Origin: Torpedo marmorata
Taxonomy: Eukaryota
DNA length: 64,000 nt
Reading direction: 5' to 3'
NCBI GenBank assembly: GCA_977017645.1
Contig: OZ360223.1
Coordinates: 204,662,001 to 204,726,000, forward strand
The position numbers and the translations under genes were made by a program. Shown here one piece after another: positions 22,651 through 34,500 of the stretch; position 1 is the stretch's first letter; each line of letters opens with the position of its first letter. The notes beneath the pieces were generated by a model. It had not been told where the DNA came from and made no database searches. It saw only the letters and a program-made list of their open reading frames with translations.

Positions 22651-24492
22651 GTAGTCTAGCATGCAGTTTTGATTCGACTGAAATCACAGGATTTGAGATC
22701 AACAAAATCATTAGCGATTATCCCTTTTTTTTCTTTGGTAAAACAGGTTCATAGCCACATATGAAGTCAATATTTATACAGTATTTAAAATTCATTGGAG
22801 CACCTGTGCTGCAGATCCAATAAGTACTTCCATCTGGTTCTGCGTGTGAAGTTAGAACCTTATCAACTCTCTATCGTGACAAATCATGACGCACAGATAC
22901 GTAGTAAAACTAATTTATCATATGCGAACATTGCACTATGGAACCATAACAGAAGAAGAACTAGACTTTAGCAAGTATATTACACAGATAATGTATTTGA
23001 CATTAATAAACTGGTGTATAGCTCAATATCACAGATGTGGGATGCCAATAAAGTGTGACAGATTGCTTATTGATGAAATACATATGTTTGGAGTCATCAG
23101 CTTAGGCTTCCCTTACAGAATAAGGTAGATCGTTACATAGTTTAGTGTAGTGTGACTAAAATCTTTGCATGCTGTGATGAAAGAAACTGCCTGTGTTCTG
23201 GGGTATAAATAGTGGAAACTCAAAAGGAACAAAAGGACTTCAAGATGTTAATGGGTGACGATTCTGGTCACAATAAACTGTTCAGGTTAACAGCTTGATC
23301 ATAATGCAGATGGTAACATGGGGAAACCACTATGTCAAAATACCTATATGTTGCAATAAATTTATTTGTTGTTTATTTTAATAAAAGACAGTTTTTAAAG
23401 AAAAGAATCTGGACAATTTCTCATACTGTGTAAAATCATACTGACATAATAACTGTAGCAAAACAGCATGAAAAAAGCTTGCCCCAAATCTGATTGTTAC
23501 TGAAATGACAATGTGTCATTTAAGCATGGTTGGGGATCGTGAGAACGAGGGGAGACATTGATTATATTCAGTTGTTTTGGAATAAATCCAAGTGGTACTC
23601 CACCCTTTTGTGATCTAAACGAAACTGGAGTCAGAACCTCTCATTAATAACTTTTCTGGATGAATATGAATGAATTTGAAGATTTGTTTTGCAAATTATT
23701 TTTCTGACTGCATATCGTTGACACCACATCATGTATTTGCCTAAGGAGCCTTTCTCTTGAAATGTAACAAGTTTTGTAATTAGGATTGATTGCAAAGAAT
23801 TACTATCTGTGTGAATTGAGTATTTTGTTTGTTTCCTTTCTGATTGCTTATGTTGCTTAAAATCTCTTGAACTTCTTAGACCTCAGTAATTATAAATTTT
23901 GATAGAGTTCTATAACCTCTAGTTGAAAGTCAATGAATTCTGTGATAATAAAGGGGGAATTAAATTTATGCTTCCTGTGTGTCGTTTGGAAAAATCTCTA
24001 GTGTGAAATGTTTAAATGATTCTTGAGCTTCCTTTTCATAATACATGGGACCTGAGGGTGACCCATTATTTGGTTCTTCTTTTCATTTGAAATGGCACAA
24101 ATTATCCCAATGCATTGTTGAGCATCTTCTCTTTCTGGTATGTTTCTGAAAGTTGGAGATGCTAGTTAGCAACACTAGCTGCATTTCAATCCTATTCCTT
24201 GTCCGTGCAAAGCTTTGCATTGCTTCTGACATGATAAAGAATATCTAAGTACATGTCCTCTCCATTCAATCACAGCTTCAAATTTCTCTTACCTGCTTCT
24301 GCAAGCAGTGATGATGCCCACAATTAAATCAGCAGAGTCAGATAACATCACTATTGCCTGCCTGCTTGACATATGCGTGTGGAGGCGATGAAGATTGCTC
24401 TGGGTGGTCTAATTTGACAGTGTGTGTTATTCGGTACCTGTTTTAAGCCTCTTTCCTTTTTGCCAAATAAATACTCTGTAGATATTTCCAGG

Positions 24493-24655
24493 ATAAATTC
24501 TGATTCTGATTCTGATTCTGATGTTAGAGGCACTTAGGCAATTTCTGCCGGTGGCGAATCTGTCTGCCTTGCAGCAGGCAAAAAGAAATTTCATGGAATA
24601 TGACACTGTCTTATTACTATGACAATAAATTGAATCTTGAATCTTGAATCTTGAA
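24493..24655 (+). mobile_element. Rex-type LINE/SINE tail fragments with (TTCTGA)n and (TGAATCT)n
   Basis: ATAAATTCTGATTCTGA... and AAATTTCATG...TGACAATAAATTGAATCTTGAATC. Confidence 0.55.
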
Positions 24656-26559
24656 TTATCCTCTGGTCATTTCATCCCTCAAGAATTTATTTTATTTTGG
24701 TATAAGGAAGACTTTGCAAAACAATAGGAGAGTAGGAAATCTGGTTGTTTACCATCTGAAGTATCCCATAATCTGTTGGCACATTTAGAATGCTTGATTA
24801 CACTTTGAAGGAAAGTAATGCCAAGAAGAGTTAGCATTCTGACTGTGATGGCACACTATGTCTGCATCCATACCCTTTGCCCAATCCTAATCTGTAATGA
24901 ATTGTAAATGTAGATCACAACCTTGGCAGGTCCTCCAAAATTCTCCACAATCTAACCACTCAATTAGATTCTGGGCAGTTTGATTTTTATTTTTCCTGGT
25001 GGATTCTGGGGAACTCCCTGGAAGATAGTTAAAAGTGAGTACTTATCAATGAGAGCAACTGGGTTTCAGCAGTTTCAGCAGCTGTGATATATTTTTTTAG
25101 AAAATGTTTCATTTAAAAATAACACTTTAAAAATGTTCATTTTATTTATGAATAGTAGCTAGTTTAATGAAAGGACTTCATTCCAACTTCAAAGGCTTGA
25201 AACAAGAATTTTGTTTTGAAAATGGACAGCATGGTTGTAACATTATAATAGTGATGGGATTGATGTCTTTTTCTAATATCTGCAGAACAGATATATTAAG
25301 AAGAATTTTGCACAAAATAGCTCTGGCAATTTTACAATATGTTTAGATGGTAAGGGCGCAACATGCTGTGGGAAAGTGGGGAGGTTATGCAGAGGGTTGG
25401 GTCTTTCCACCTCTAAAAAATGTCATTACCTTTTGCTGTTGCTTGATGGCAAGCAGGGTCTTGGTGGGTTAAATGGCCTGCTTCCATGTTGTACCTCCTT
25501 ATGAAAATTATATACGTGTGGGGAAGAGCGTATATGGCCTTCTCACAGAACTTTGTAAACATAGTTTTAAATATTGTGCCCTTTAATCAGAATGTTCACA
25601 TGGAATTGATCTGTAGCTATTTCCCCACAGAGCATTTGTCTCATTTCATTTGCTTGAAACCCGTGTACATCAGGCTAACAGTTTGCATATATGCCATCTA
25701 TTGTATTTGTACAGTTATTACTGTTAGTGGGACAGCATTGCTGGAAACTCAATCATCACATTGATCAGGTGTTGTGTCTCTATTAAGCAAAGCCCACCAC
25801 CACTGACACCAATCCTGACAATCAATTGGTGCCTGAAAAACGGTAGAAGGCTTCAATTAACTGGCATTGATGATATTTTGAGCACACAGGTTCCCAGTGC
25901 AGGACTGTGAGACTATAGCAGCCTTGGTCGAAAGCAGCTTCCCGCCAGTGGTATTCCCAGCTTTATGACAGTTTACCTGGTCCCTGACTTCTCTCAAGCT
26001 GTAATACGATAATTACACTGAAAGCAGCAGGAGCATTAGCTTTTGCTATGAAAAGCTTTCATAATTTCCTCAGGGTCTAATACTGAACTGTAAAAACTCA
26101 CGGATATCTACCATCGCTCTCAAAGTGATGTGAATTTTGGGAGCAGATCACAACTCTTACACTATCTGCATTTCGCTCCCTGAAACAACATTGCAATTTA
26201 CTACATGTCCACCCCCTGTTGCTAAAAATTGCAGAGTAAAATGTCCACATTCTTCTAATCAACTGAAACTTTGTTCGCTCTTCCCATGAAAATCAATTTT
26301 GACTTGGAGCTGTCGTTAATCTATTAGCAAGTAATTTGCTAACACACAACAGTGCAACTACACCTGATAGGTGTAAGAATGTATATGCATTTTATGTATG
26401 AAAAAAAAGCTTGTTGGGTTTCAGATGTCAGGAATTGCCTGCGATCTATAAGGGCTCGTGTAACTTGCGCTCTTGTTTGGGCTGATCTGAGCTGCCTCTC
26501 TCCTCAAGGGGAAACTCATGTCACTTTATGTTAGCCCATACAGCTGCTGGCTGTTAAGT

Positions 26560-27260
26560 CAAACTGCACTTAGCAGAAACAGACTGAGACATTGAAACAT
26601 GGACGGTTCCTGTGTGCATTGCCCAAGAGGTGGAGGCAGAGAGGGGGCTAGCATTTTGTGTCCAAATGAGCTGAAATTACTGAAATGATAATAAATGTAG
26701 ATGGTCTGGACAAAATGAAATGATCCATCTCGGTGCATAAGCAGCACTTGAGCCGCATTCAATCAGTCTGTCAAACTTATTGCCTGGCATTTTTGTGAAG
26801 AATCTGTCCACTAAAATTTTTTGTCATTCCTATTTCCTTGTTATCAGTCTGCTCCTCAATGGCGACCGGAGATTAACAACAATTCATAGAGCACATCCAT
26901 TCCTGATAAACCTTATCCATTACTTCACGATCCGCGGGTCCATCCCATTTCACCTCAACCATTTATCATCTTTAACGCTGACAGCTAAACAGAGTGCTTT
27001 AAAATTTATCTCGGTGTGTCGACAGGGCGGATCTATTCGTCAACCTGTAGAGGTGCAGCTTAGCCTCTTCCTCTTCTTATCAGGATTCCACAGTAAAAGA
27101 TTTGGCAGAGATGCCCGATTAATCATTGGCCGCATCAATTTGCTTGATTTACTCTCTTGTGGGAAAAGGGTGTAAACACAGCGTACTGAGGCAGAGCGAA
27201 ACATAATGTGTCTGTCTATAGGAAAAACATTAGCAGATCATCCTGTCTTGTGATTGATGG
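26560..27260. promoter_or_regulatory. Candidate conserved non-coding element / enhancer
   Basis: Non-repetitive, retains CpGs, with clustered TGATAA, TGACAG, GATTAATCA and TGATTTA motifs. Inference only. Confidence 0.35.
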
Positions 27261-28730
27261 AGAAGTGAAAGGCACAACTCTGGTGGTTTAGAAAGGACAA
27301 TAAAAAGGTGAAGCTGTTTTTAAAAAAAAAATAATCAGAACAACAATTTAAGATATGATACCTCAAAGTGAACTTTGATGTTTTAATTTGCATTTACAAG
27401 TAGAAAATTGGTTATTGTTGAGGGAAAAACACCACAGTGGAAAAAAAATCATAATTATTATTACATTTAACTGAAAGTTCCTTACTGTTAATTATTTTTC
27501 TTCCCAAAATATCTCTCTCCACATTTTCACTATGTCCAGCAAGAATAGGGTTAAGCAGAAAATAACATATACAGTTTCAACAGTGGGTCAATACTGACTT
27601 GAACAAAGGTTTCATCAAGATTTAATTCTTTTCTCTCTTGCTTTCACAATGTGTCTTCGGATGTCTCTCTCACTCTGCCTCTCGCCTGCACTCAACATCC
27701 TCTTAACTGAAGTTCTTCGGCGAAAACTAAAATGTAAAAAAGGAAATGTATTCCAGTATAAGTCTATCATCTATCAAGGCACTGACAGATGGCTTGCTGG
27801 ATTGTGTTTCATTATAAAACATCGCAAGAGCCACTCAGATTCATCCTGACACGCTTTGAAAAATTCTGAAAGAATTGGCAGCCAACCTGTTAGGGAGGAG
27901 ACCAGATTAGAAATTACAGTCAAACATGCACATCTTTTTAATGCTTGAATAAATGCCATTCATAATCAACTATTTGTACATAATGGGATTACCTTCTTAT
28001 CTTTAGCAGTTTGCTTTTGTTTTCTACCAATCTACCTGATGATTCTGATTTTACACGTTAACATGTTATTATCCATGCTTCAGTTTAGCAGTTGCTATTG
28101 TGCGTTTATGATGATAGTTAATGATACTATTTGTAAAACATTTATATTTTTTGTTTTGGGTAGTTTGATTCAATGCCAGGATTCTACTTGGTTATTTCCC
28201 CAAGAATGATACAGAAGTGTCCTCTATGATTAAGCACTAGATGTTAGGAAGGAATTCAGATGAAAGGGTACTCTGACCAATCCAAGCAATCCAAATGAGT
28301 TAAGGGTGAAGAAAAGATATTTACAATAAGTTCGTAATGAAAGCAGAATTGCTCTAATGCACCAATGCTGCTCTGATATAGTTGCAACATTAGCAATCAG
28401 GGATCAACACTTTAATGTCTTTAATACCTGCTTTTACTGTAATGCCATAAACGAGCAACTATTTCACAGGATTATAGGGGTGATTGAAGACTACCTTAAA
28501 AAATGAAGGTGCAACAGTAAGCCTCAAATATCCATTCAGTTGTCTCCATTGCATTGGTAATTATCTATTGCTTGTTTCTGCATGAGCATTTCATATTAAT
28601 ATTTTGGCCTTTGCCTATGTGGCAGATAGGTATGAGCATATGCTTCATTATCACCTTAGGAAAGGAAAGACCATGTGAACTTTACAGAAAGGTGATGTAT
28701 GGGCAATTTTCCAGGATAGTTCGTTTCGAT

Positions 28731-28732
<2 letters not shown>

Positions 28733-28791
<59 letters not shown>
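28733..28791. repeat. (GA)n microsatellite
   Basis: Directly visible. Confidence 0.98.
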
Positions 28792-28792
<1 letters not shown>

Positions 28793-28794
28793 CT

Positions 28795-29100
28795 TATCGC
28801 GGTCGCGTACTTACCTTCGTCGGGAGCGGTGTTGGCCGCTGCTGATGACGTAAGCAATGCGATGCGCGGGAGTAGTAGTGCGCATGCGCGGGTGTGTTAA
28901 TCGTCAGTATATGGGTGATGAATCTCAGATGCAGGAGGAGGAGAGTGAGAGTGTCAGGATCACCCGTGTGGCAGTGAACCAATGAGAAGGTCAGAGGAGT
29001 TTAGCTGGGTGGTGTTTGGGGAGTTGAAGAATGCAATATTGTGTCTAGTGAATAATAAAAGAAAGTCGACTTGACGGTGTGCTGAAAGAAACGAGTGAGT
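28795..29100. promoter_or_regulatory. CpG-rich promoter-like patch with NRF1, CRE and CCAAT motifs
   Basis: TGCGCATGCGC at 28879-28889, TGACGTAA at 28846-28853, CCAAT at 28979-28983; minus-strand donor AAG|GTAAGT at 28809-28817 and plus-strand GA|GTGAGT at 29093-29100. Confidence 0.55.
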
Positions 29101-29714
29101 GTATTCTTTATTTGTTTGTAAGCTGTGGTAAATCAGTGCTGTTACAGACTTCACAATCTCTCCTATATTTTGCCGTATAGATTGTAGTCATACCAAAGGA
29201 ACATTGATAGCATTTTTGCCTCACTAATGCTGCCAATATCTGAGCAACTCTTCCCATGTTTGAAGGAAAAAAATAACGCTGAGTTTCTCATACTAGCACA
29301 AAGATAAAGCTGATATCACTTGAAATAGCTACAACTGATGGTTACAAAGTGGTTCATAAAAATCTACTAAGTAAGACTGAACATCAGGAAGAAATACAAG
29401 AGGATCCCTTAAAGACTTAATTTATCCCATGGACAGCTTGATTTAGTGTCATGGTTATTATAGCTTGAACTTCCATAGAATGCACCAAAACAAAGTATAA
29501 CTCATCTATATTCTGACAAAAAATATAAAATTTCAGTCATAAGTTACTTCCATTGGGTTTTCACAATCTTTTGTATTAATTTAGAGAACATTGCATTTAA
29601 GCTACTTCGATCCAAATCGGGCATGCCCCCAGACTGTATTGTCATTTTTTTTGGGAGGAGGGAAGAATAATGTGATCGGCATTTTTTACGCACCTCAATT
29701 TACCCAAAACAGGA

Positions 29715-29995
29715 TGACTTGCCAGGCCACTTTGGATACATCACATTGTTGTGGTATTAGAATTGCATGAGCCAGAATAGGTAAGGATGGAAGATTTCTT
29801 CCCCGAAAGAGCAGTGGTGAACCAGATGTGTTTTTACAATTTTCCAGTTGTTTCATAGTTACCATCACTGAAACTTTTTTAAATTCCAGATTATTAACTG
29901 AACATAAAATCCACAACTGCCATGAACTGAGGGTTTTTGAGTTTTAGTCTAAGCACCTGGGTAATTAACCCAGTAATTTGACCACTGTATTGCCA
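29715..29995 (-). mobile_element. Old SINE remnant
   Basis: ggtaaggatggaagatttcttccc...tgaaccagatg...aaattccagatt pattern resembling a recalled elasmobranch SINE. Confidence 0.5.
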
Positions 29996-31004
29996 TAGTC
30001 AATTACTGCAATCCCTTTTTCAAGTTGATACTAATTGTGTTCGTTCATATGTCTTGAACGAGGCTCATAAATTAAGATGATCCTTTTGGGCACAAGATTG
30101 CTGATAAAAAACAAAATCTTTCATTTGTATGGTCTCCATCATAAATCCACAATGCTTTCTGCACAATCTCTTGCATTGATTAAGTATTTCTGAAATGTAG
30201 GCATTGTCATAGTGCAGGAAATGGAAATGTAAATTTTCAAAAAATTTCAAAGCCATTGAATATATTGATTGGTGCTGATCAATATGACCAGTTAATTGTT
30301 CTAAATAAGTTTGAAACTTGTGTATTTAAACTTGTGTTGCAGGTGGTCAGCTGGACATGGTTAAAATGCTTCTCTTTTGCAATAAAATTTGGGTGCGATA
30401 TTAATTGAACTGCACCTTGTTGCTTCTTAAGACTTTCAGGTATTTTGTTTCAGCAAAGATATGTTTCTGTAAAACTTTTTTAAAAAAGTGTTCCATTTAA
30501 AAATTCTTGTAAATATTCTTGGTTCTTGGCAGACTTTAATTAGTTAATATGTAAATGAATTTCAGCAGAAAATTGGAAAACAAAATTCTCAATTTTGATG
30601 GAATTTGTGCCCAAATCATAGGTTGTGCCCAAAGTGAAAATTTAACCTCTCTATCTTGTCCAAAAAACAAGGTTCTTGGCTCAATGGTATCAGTGATCAC
30701 AACTCATTTTTCTTCTATCTTTAGAATGAGAGAAGATTTTCTGAAAAGTACATTGGAAACATATAGGTTGACTGACCATCTATCACTGGCTTCAGTGTTT
30801 CTCTCTGAAAGCATAATGTGTGCAAAGCGTTTGGAGTGACAAATCTTTGACTTTGATCCCACTGCAATTCCATCACTGGGAAAGAGAAATATCAAAAGTG
30901 TAAAAATCATTCTGCACATAAAAATATGAGCTAATTAAGAGTGGGAAAGTGCTGTATGTTTAAATTTAAAGTAAAGTGAATGGTACAGTTATTCACAATA
31001 CATG

Positions 31005-31557
31005 TTCGCCAGCAGCTATACTTTGTGAGGTGTTTGAGGAGATTCGGTATGTCACCGAAGACTCTCGGAAACTTCTACAGGTGTACCGTGGAGAGCATTC
31101 TGGCTGGTTGCATCACTGCCTGGTATGGAGGCGCTAAATCTCAGGACAAGAAAAAAACTACAGAGGGTTGTTAACTCGGCCTGTGACATCACAGGCTCCA
31201 GACTTCACTCCATCGAGGACATCTACATGAGGCGGTGTCTTAAAAAAGCAGCCTCTATCCTCAACGACCCCCACCACTCAGGCCATGCCCTCTTCACTCT
31301 GCTACCATCGGGAAAAAGGTACTGGAGCCTAAAGACAAGCACTCAGTGGCACAAGGACAGCTTCTTCCCTGCTGCCATCAGATTCCTGAATAATCAATGA
31401 ACCAAAGACACTGCCTTACTTTTCGTGCACTATTATTTTTATTTTTTTAAATATTTATTGTTGTAAGATGGTTTATAATATGAATGTTTGCACTATGATG
31501 CTGCCGTAAAACACTGAATTTCATGACTTGTTCATGACAATAGATTCTGATTCTGAT
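31005..31557 (+). mobile_element. Rex1/Babar-type LINE 3' end
   Basis: RQQLYFVRCLRRFGMSPKTLGNFYRCTVESILAGCITAWYG and DPHHSGHALFTLLPSGKRY...SFFPAAIRFLN; (TTCTGA)n tail. Confidence 0.9.
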
Positions 31558-34500
31558 GTTCATGGGTTTTGTGCAGTATGAACCTAACCTGCATTCTATT
31601 TTGCTTTGGCTGGAGATTTGGAAGAGATTATCCTTATTTGAAACATGGTGAGGTAGCATTTGGATCAAATGGTGTGAAAAATGTGTGGCATGTCATATGT
31701 TTACACTTTTTGGTGACGGGGTTGTAGATGAGGTGAGCTCCCTGCCCACTTCACACCAAAGGAGGTACCAGCTTCTCTTGTTTACTAAAAGACAAGAGAT
31801 TTGGTCTGTTGGTGAATCAAAGACGAATGCACAGTCATCATCTGTGGCACATTCTGTAACAATAGTTTGGGTAAAGAGAGGTCCAGCAGAACTTCCTTCT
31901 GATAGGGTTTCCTTTCCTGGTTGAGGCCATGCTGGTTTTTTTTAATCACACATCCTTGGTCCAAAGTTGCAGCAAGGATGTAAGTGGTGGAATGCATAAT
32001 TGAAAACACTACTGCATGCTTGGCTTTCTTCCTGCTTAGGTGCATTATGTACAAAAAACTCTGATTCAAATTCCTGTCGTGCGCTCTGCATGCTAGGAAG
32101 AGCTGATAGCATTCAATCAGATCGTGCATAAAAAACACGTTCCGCACAATTTAATTTCTGGACCTTTAAGTTTAAAAAAGTGTATTTCATATTGTAATAT
32201 TAATGTAAATTACTATTAGATATCATACCACATTATACCTAAAAGTAACATTCACATTTCATGGATTATTCAGAAGATACTAAAGTGATCCTTCAGGCTA
32301 TCTGCACATTTTTCAAAAATGAAACAGTCTCTAGATTTTCTAATAAGAGTACAGCATCTATTGGGAAGTTTGATTCCCTGAATCCATACCTAGAAATACT
32401 ATAACTGAACTTAAAGTATTTATGGAAGCTTTATCCAATACAATGTCTTAGATCTAATAGAATAATGATAGGAGTAATTTTTATCGAGATGGACCTTGAG
32501 GATGTACATGGAGGTAGCAACATGCAATTTTTGACAATATGAAGTAAAAATCTAATGAACCATACAAAGGCATGATTGACTTTTAGTTTATGTTATCATT
32601 CGTAGAAAAATCCAAAATGGACTGGAGAATTGCATGTTAATAAATAAAATTTATGGCATTAAGTTCTTTAACACTTTTGATTATGAACTGGTAAGGGAAC
32701 TTCATCTTTCAGATTTGTTATTTTTGTGCTGTGGTTCACAGAATGGGGTCTTAAATTGTCTATTGTCTATTGTCTAATAATAAAATACTTCATGCCATCT
32801 TCTGTATTTCCACCCTTTCACCCTTTTCACATTCTGCATTGTAATTTAATCTAAAACCTATTATGACAATGTCTGTGTACATGGATGTGTTAGAAAATGA
32901 CTTTAGTCATATTGAATTGATTGCTGCATAATTTACCTGATTCAGGTGATTAATTTGCAGATTCTGTTTTTGATGGTGCCAAGAATAGTGGAATTATTTG
33001 CAAGTTATCTGGCGAAGGTGATAAATTATGGAATACTGTTCAACCTCAGGCGACTTCATCTGAAATTAATTAAGTAAAAAAATTGGACCTTCTTCCCCAA
33101 AAAAATCAATTTTAAAAAAGTGTGCATAATACGGAGTGGTGAGGTTTTTGAGCCATTTTCAACTGCAATAATAGGCGCAGTGTGGAACTTGCAATATTGT
33201 TCAGTTTATCAACTAAACATTATTGCATGAAAATAATTCAGCAAATAGCAGAAAGTTTTACCAAGGTAAACTTTTCACCAAAAAAAGACAGGGTCATTAA
33301 GAAGGAATGCAATCCCATCATTACATCATAATTTGTGCCAATCATTACTAATCATTTGAATGCAATAAATAAAAATCAAGATTTGAAAGACACATTAAAA
33401 TAAACTTTACACTGCGACGAACATCATGCCTTCACTGCAACAGTCAGGAGGAGAGAGCTTCAACAGGTTTCTGACAAGTGCAAAAGCTCCCTTAATAGAT
33501 TCTTTTTTGGGATGGTGAAACAAAGTAGGTAACTTTTGATGCATTTATTACTTGATTGTTTCCCCCCCAAGGAAATGATGGGTTTGGAAGGTTAAAGAAC
33601 AGTTGTGTAACAGATTGCCACTAAAGCTTTCATGAACTTAAAGCAGTGTTTGTTTGTTTAGAACTTACAGCAGTCTGTACACCTGTAAGAGGCTCAGTCA
33701 TTTACATTTTGTTTTGGATCATGATCAAATTACACCAGATTTTTCCATTTACATCAGATTTTCTATATTTAGGGAGGCATGTTCTCAGAGGGGAAATGGT
33801 GAAACTGAATCACCAGATAGACTTAAACATGGGGACAGGTCTCTTAAAGGGACAAGCCACCATATTCATCTCATGGCAATCAGTTCGAGTATAAATTTAT
33901 TCTAGATCTCATTTTGTCATGATGGTATATAGTCATGTGATACTTTTAACAAAAATAAACCAGCCCCCAGATATAAATTTTCCACAACACTCGCTTGCTT
34001 AAATTTCACTATTTCTCATGTGGCCTTTGGAACAGTCACTGGAAGATTTCACGCAAGAGGTGAAGGTGACAATGCAAGGATTTAAAGTTTATCTAATTAT
34101 TAGTATACTAAAACAACACGCTAAATGTAAACACAACAAATAACAACATTAATGTGAGGAATATCAAGTTGAAGGAACACCTGCTATTCCATGAGCTGTA
34201 AGTGGCACTATATTTAAAACCTGGCAAAATATAAATCAAAATTTTAATTTACTGAAATGGAAGCTGGAGGTGTTGGCAGTTGAGTTGTGTGTGTGTAACT
34301 CTGTGCTCTTAATTAAGCCCCTTCATTGCGTTGTAATTTTGCAACAGATTCTCAGCTACGTCTCTCAGCTGGAGGGAGTATTTTACAATACTGTGCATTG
34401 CTCTTTTCTTCAGTTGGAGGCAAAGTTGAAAAATAAAGATGGAAATTTACCAGAAATCTTTTCTCCTTTTAAAATAATTATGTTTTAAATTAAACTTTGC

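Noticed and set aside
28554-28857. ORFs with RE or SL repeats resembling SR-like proteins
   Set aside because: They are translations of the (GA)n microsatellite.
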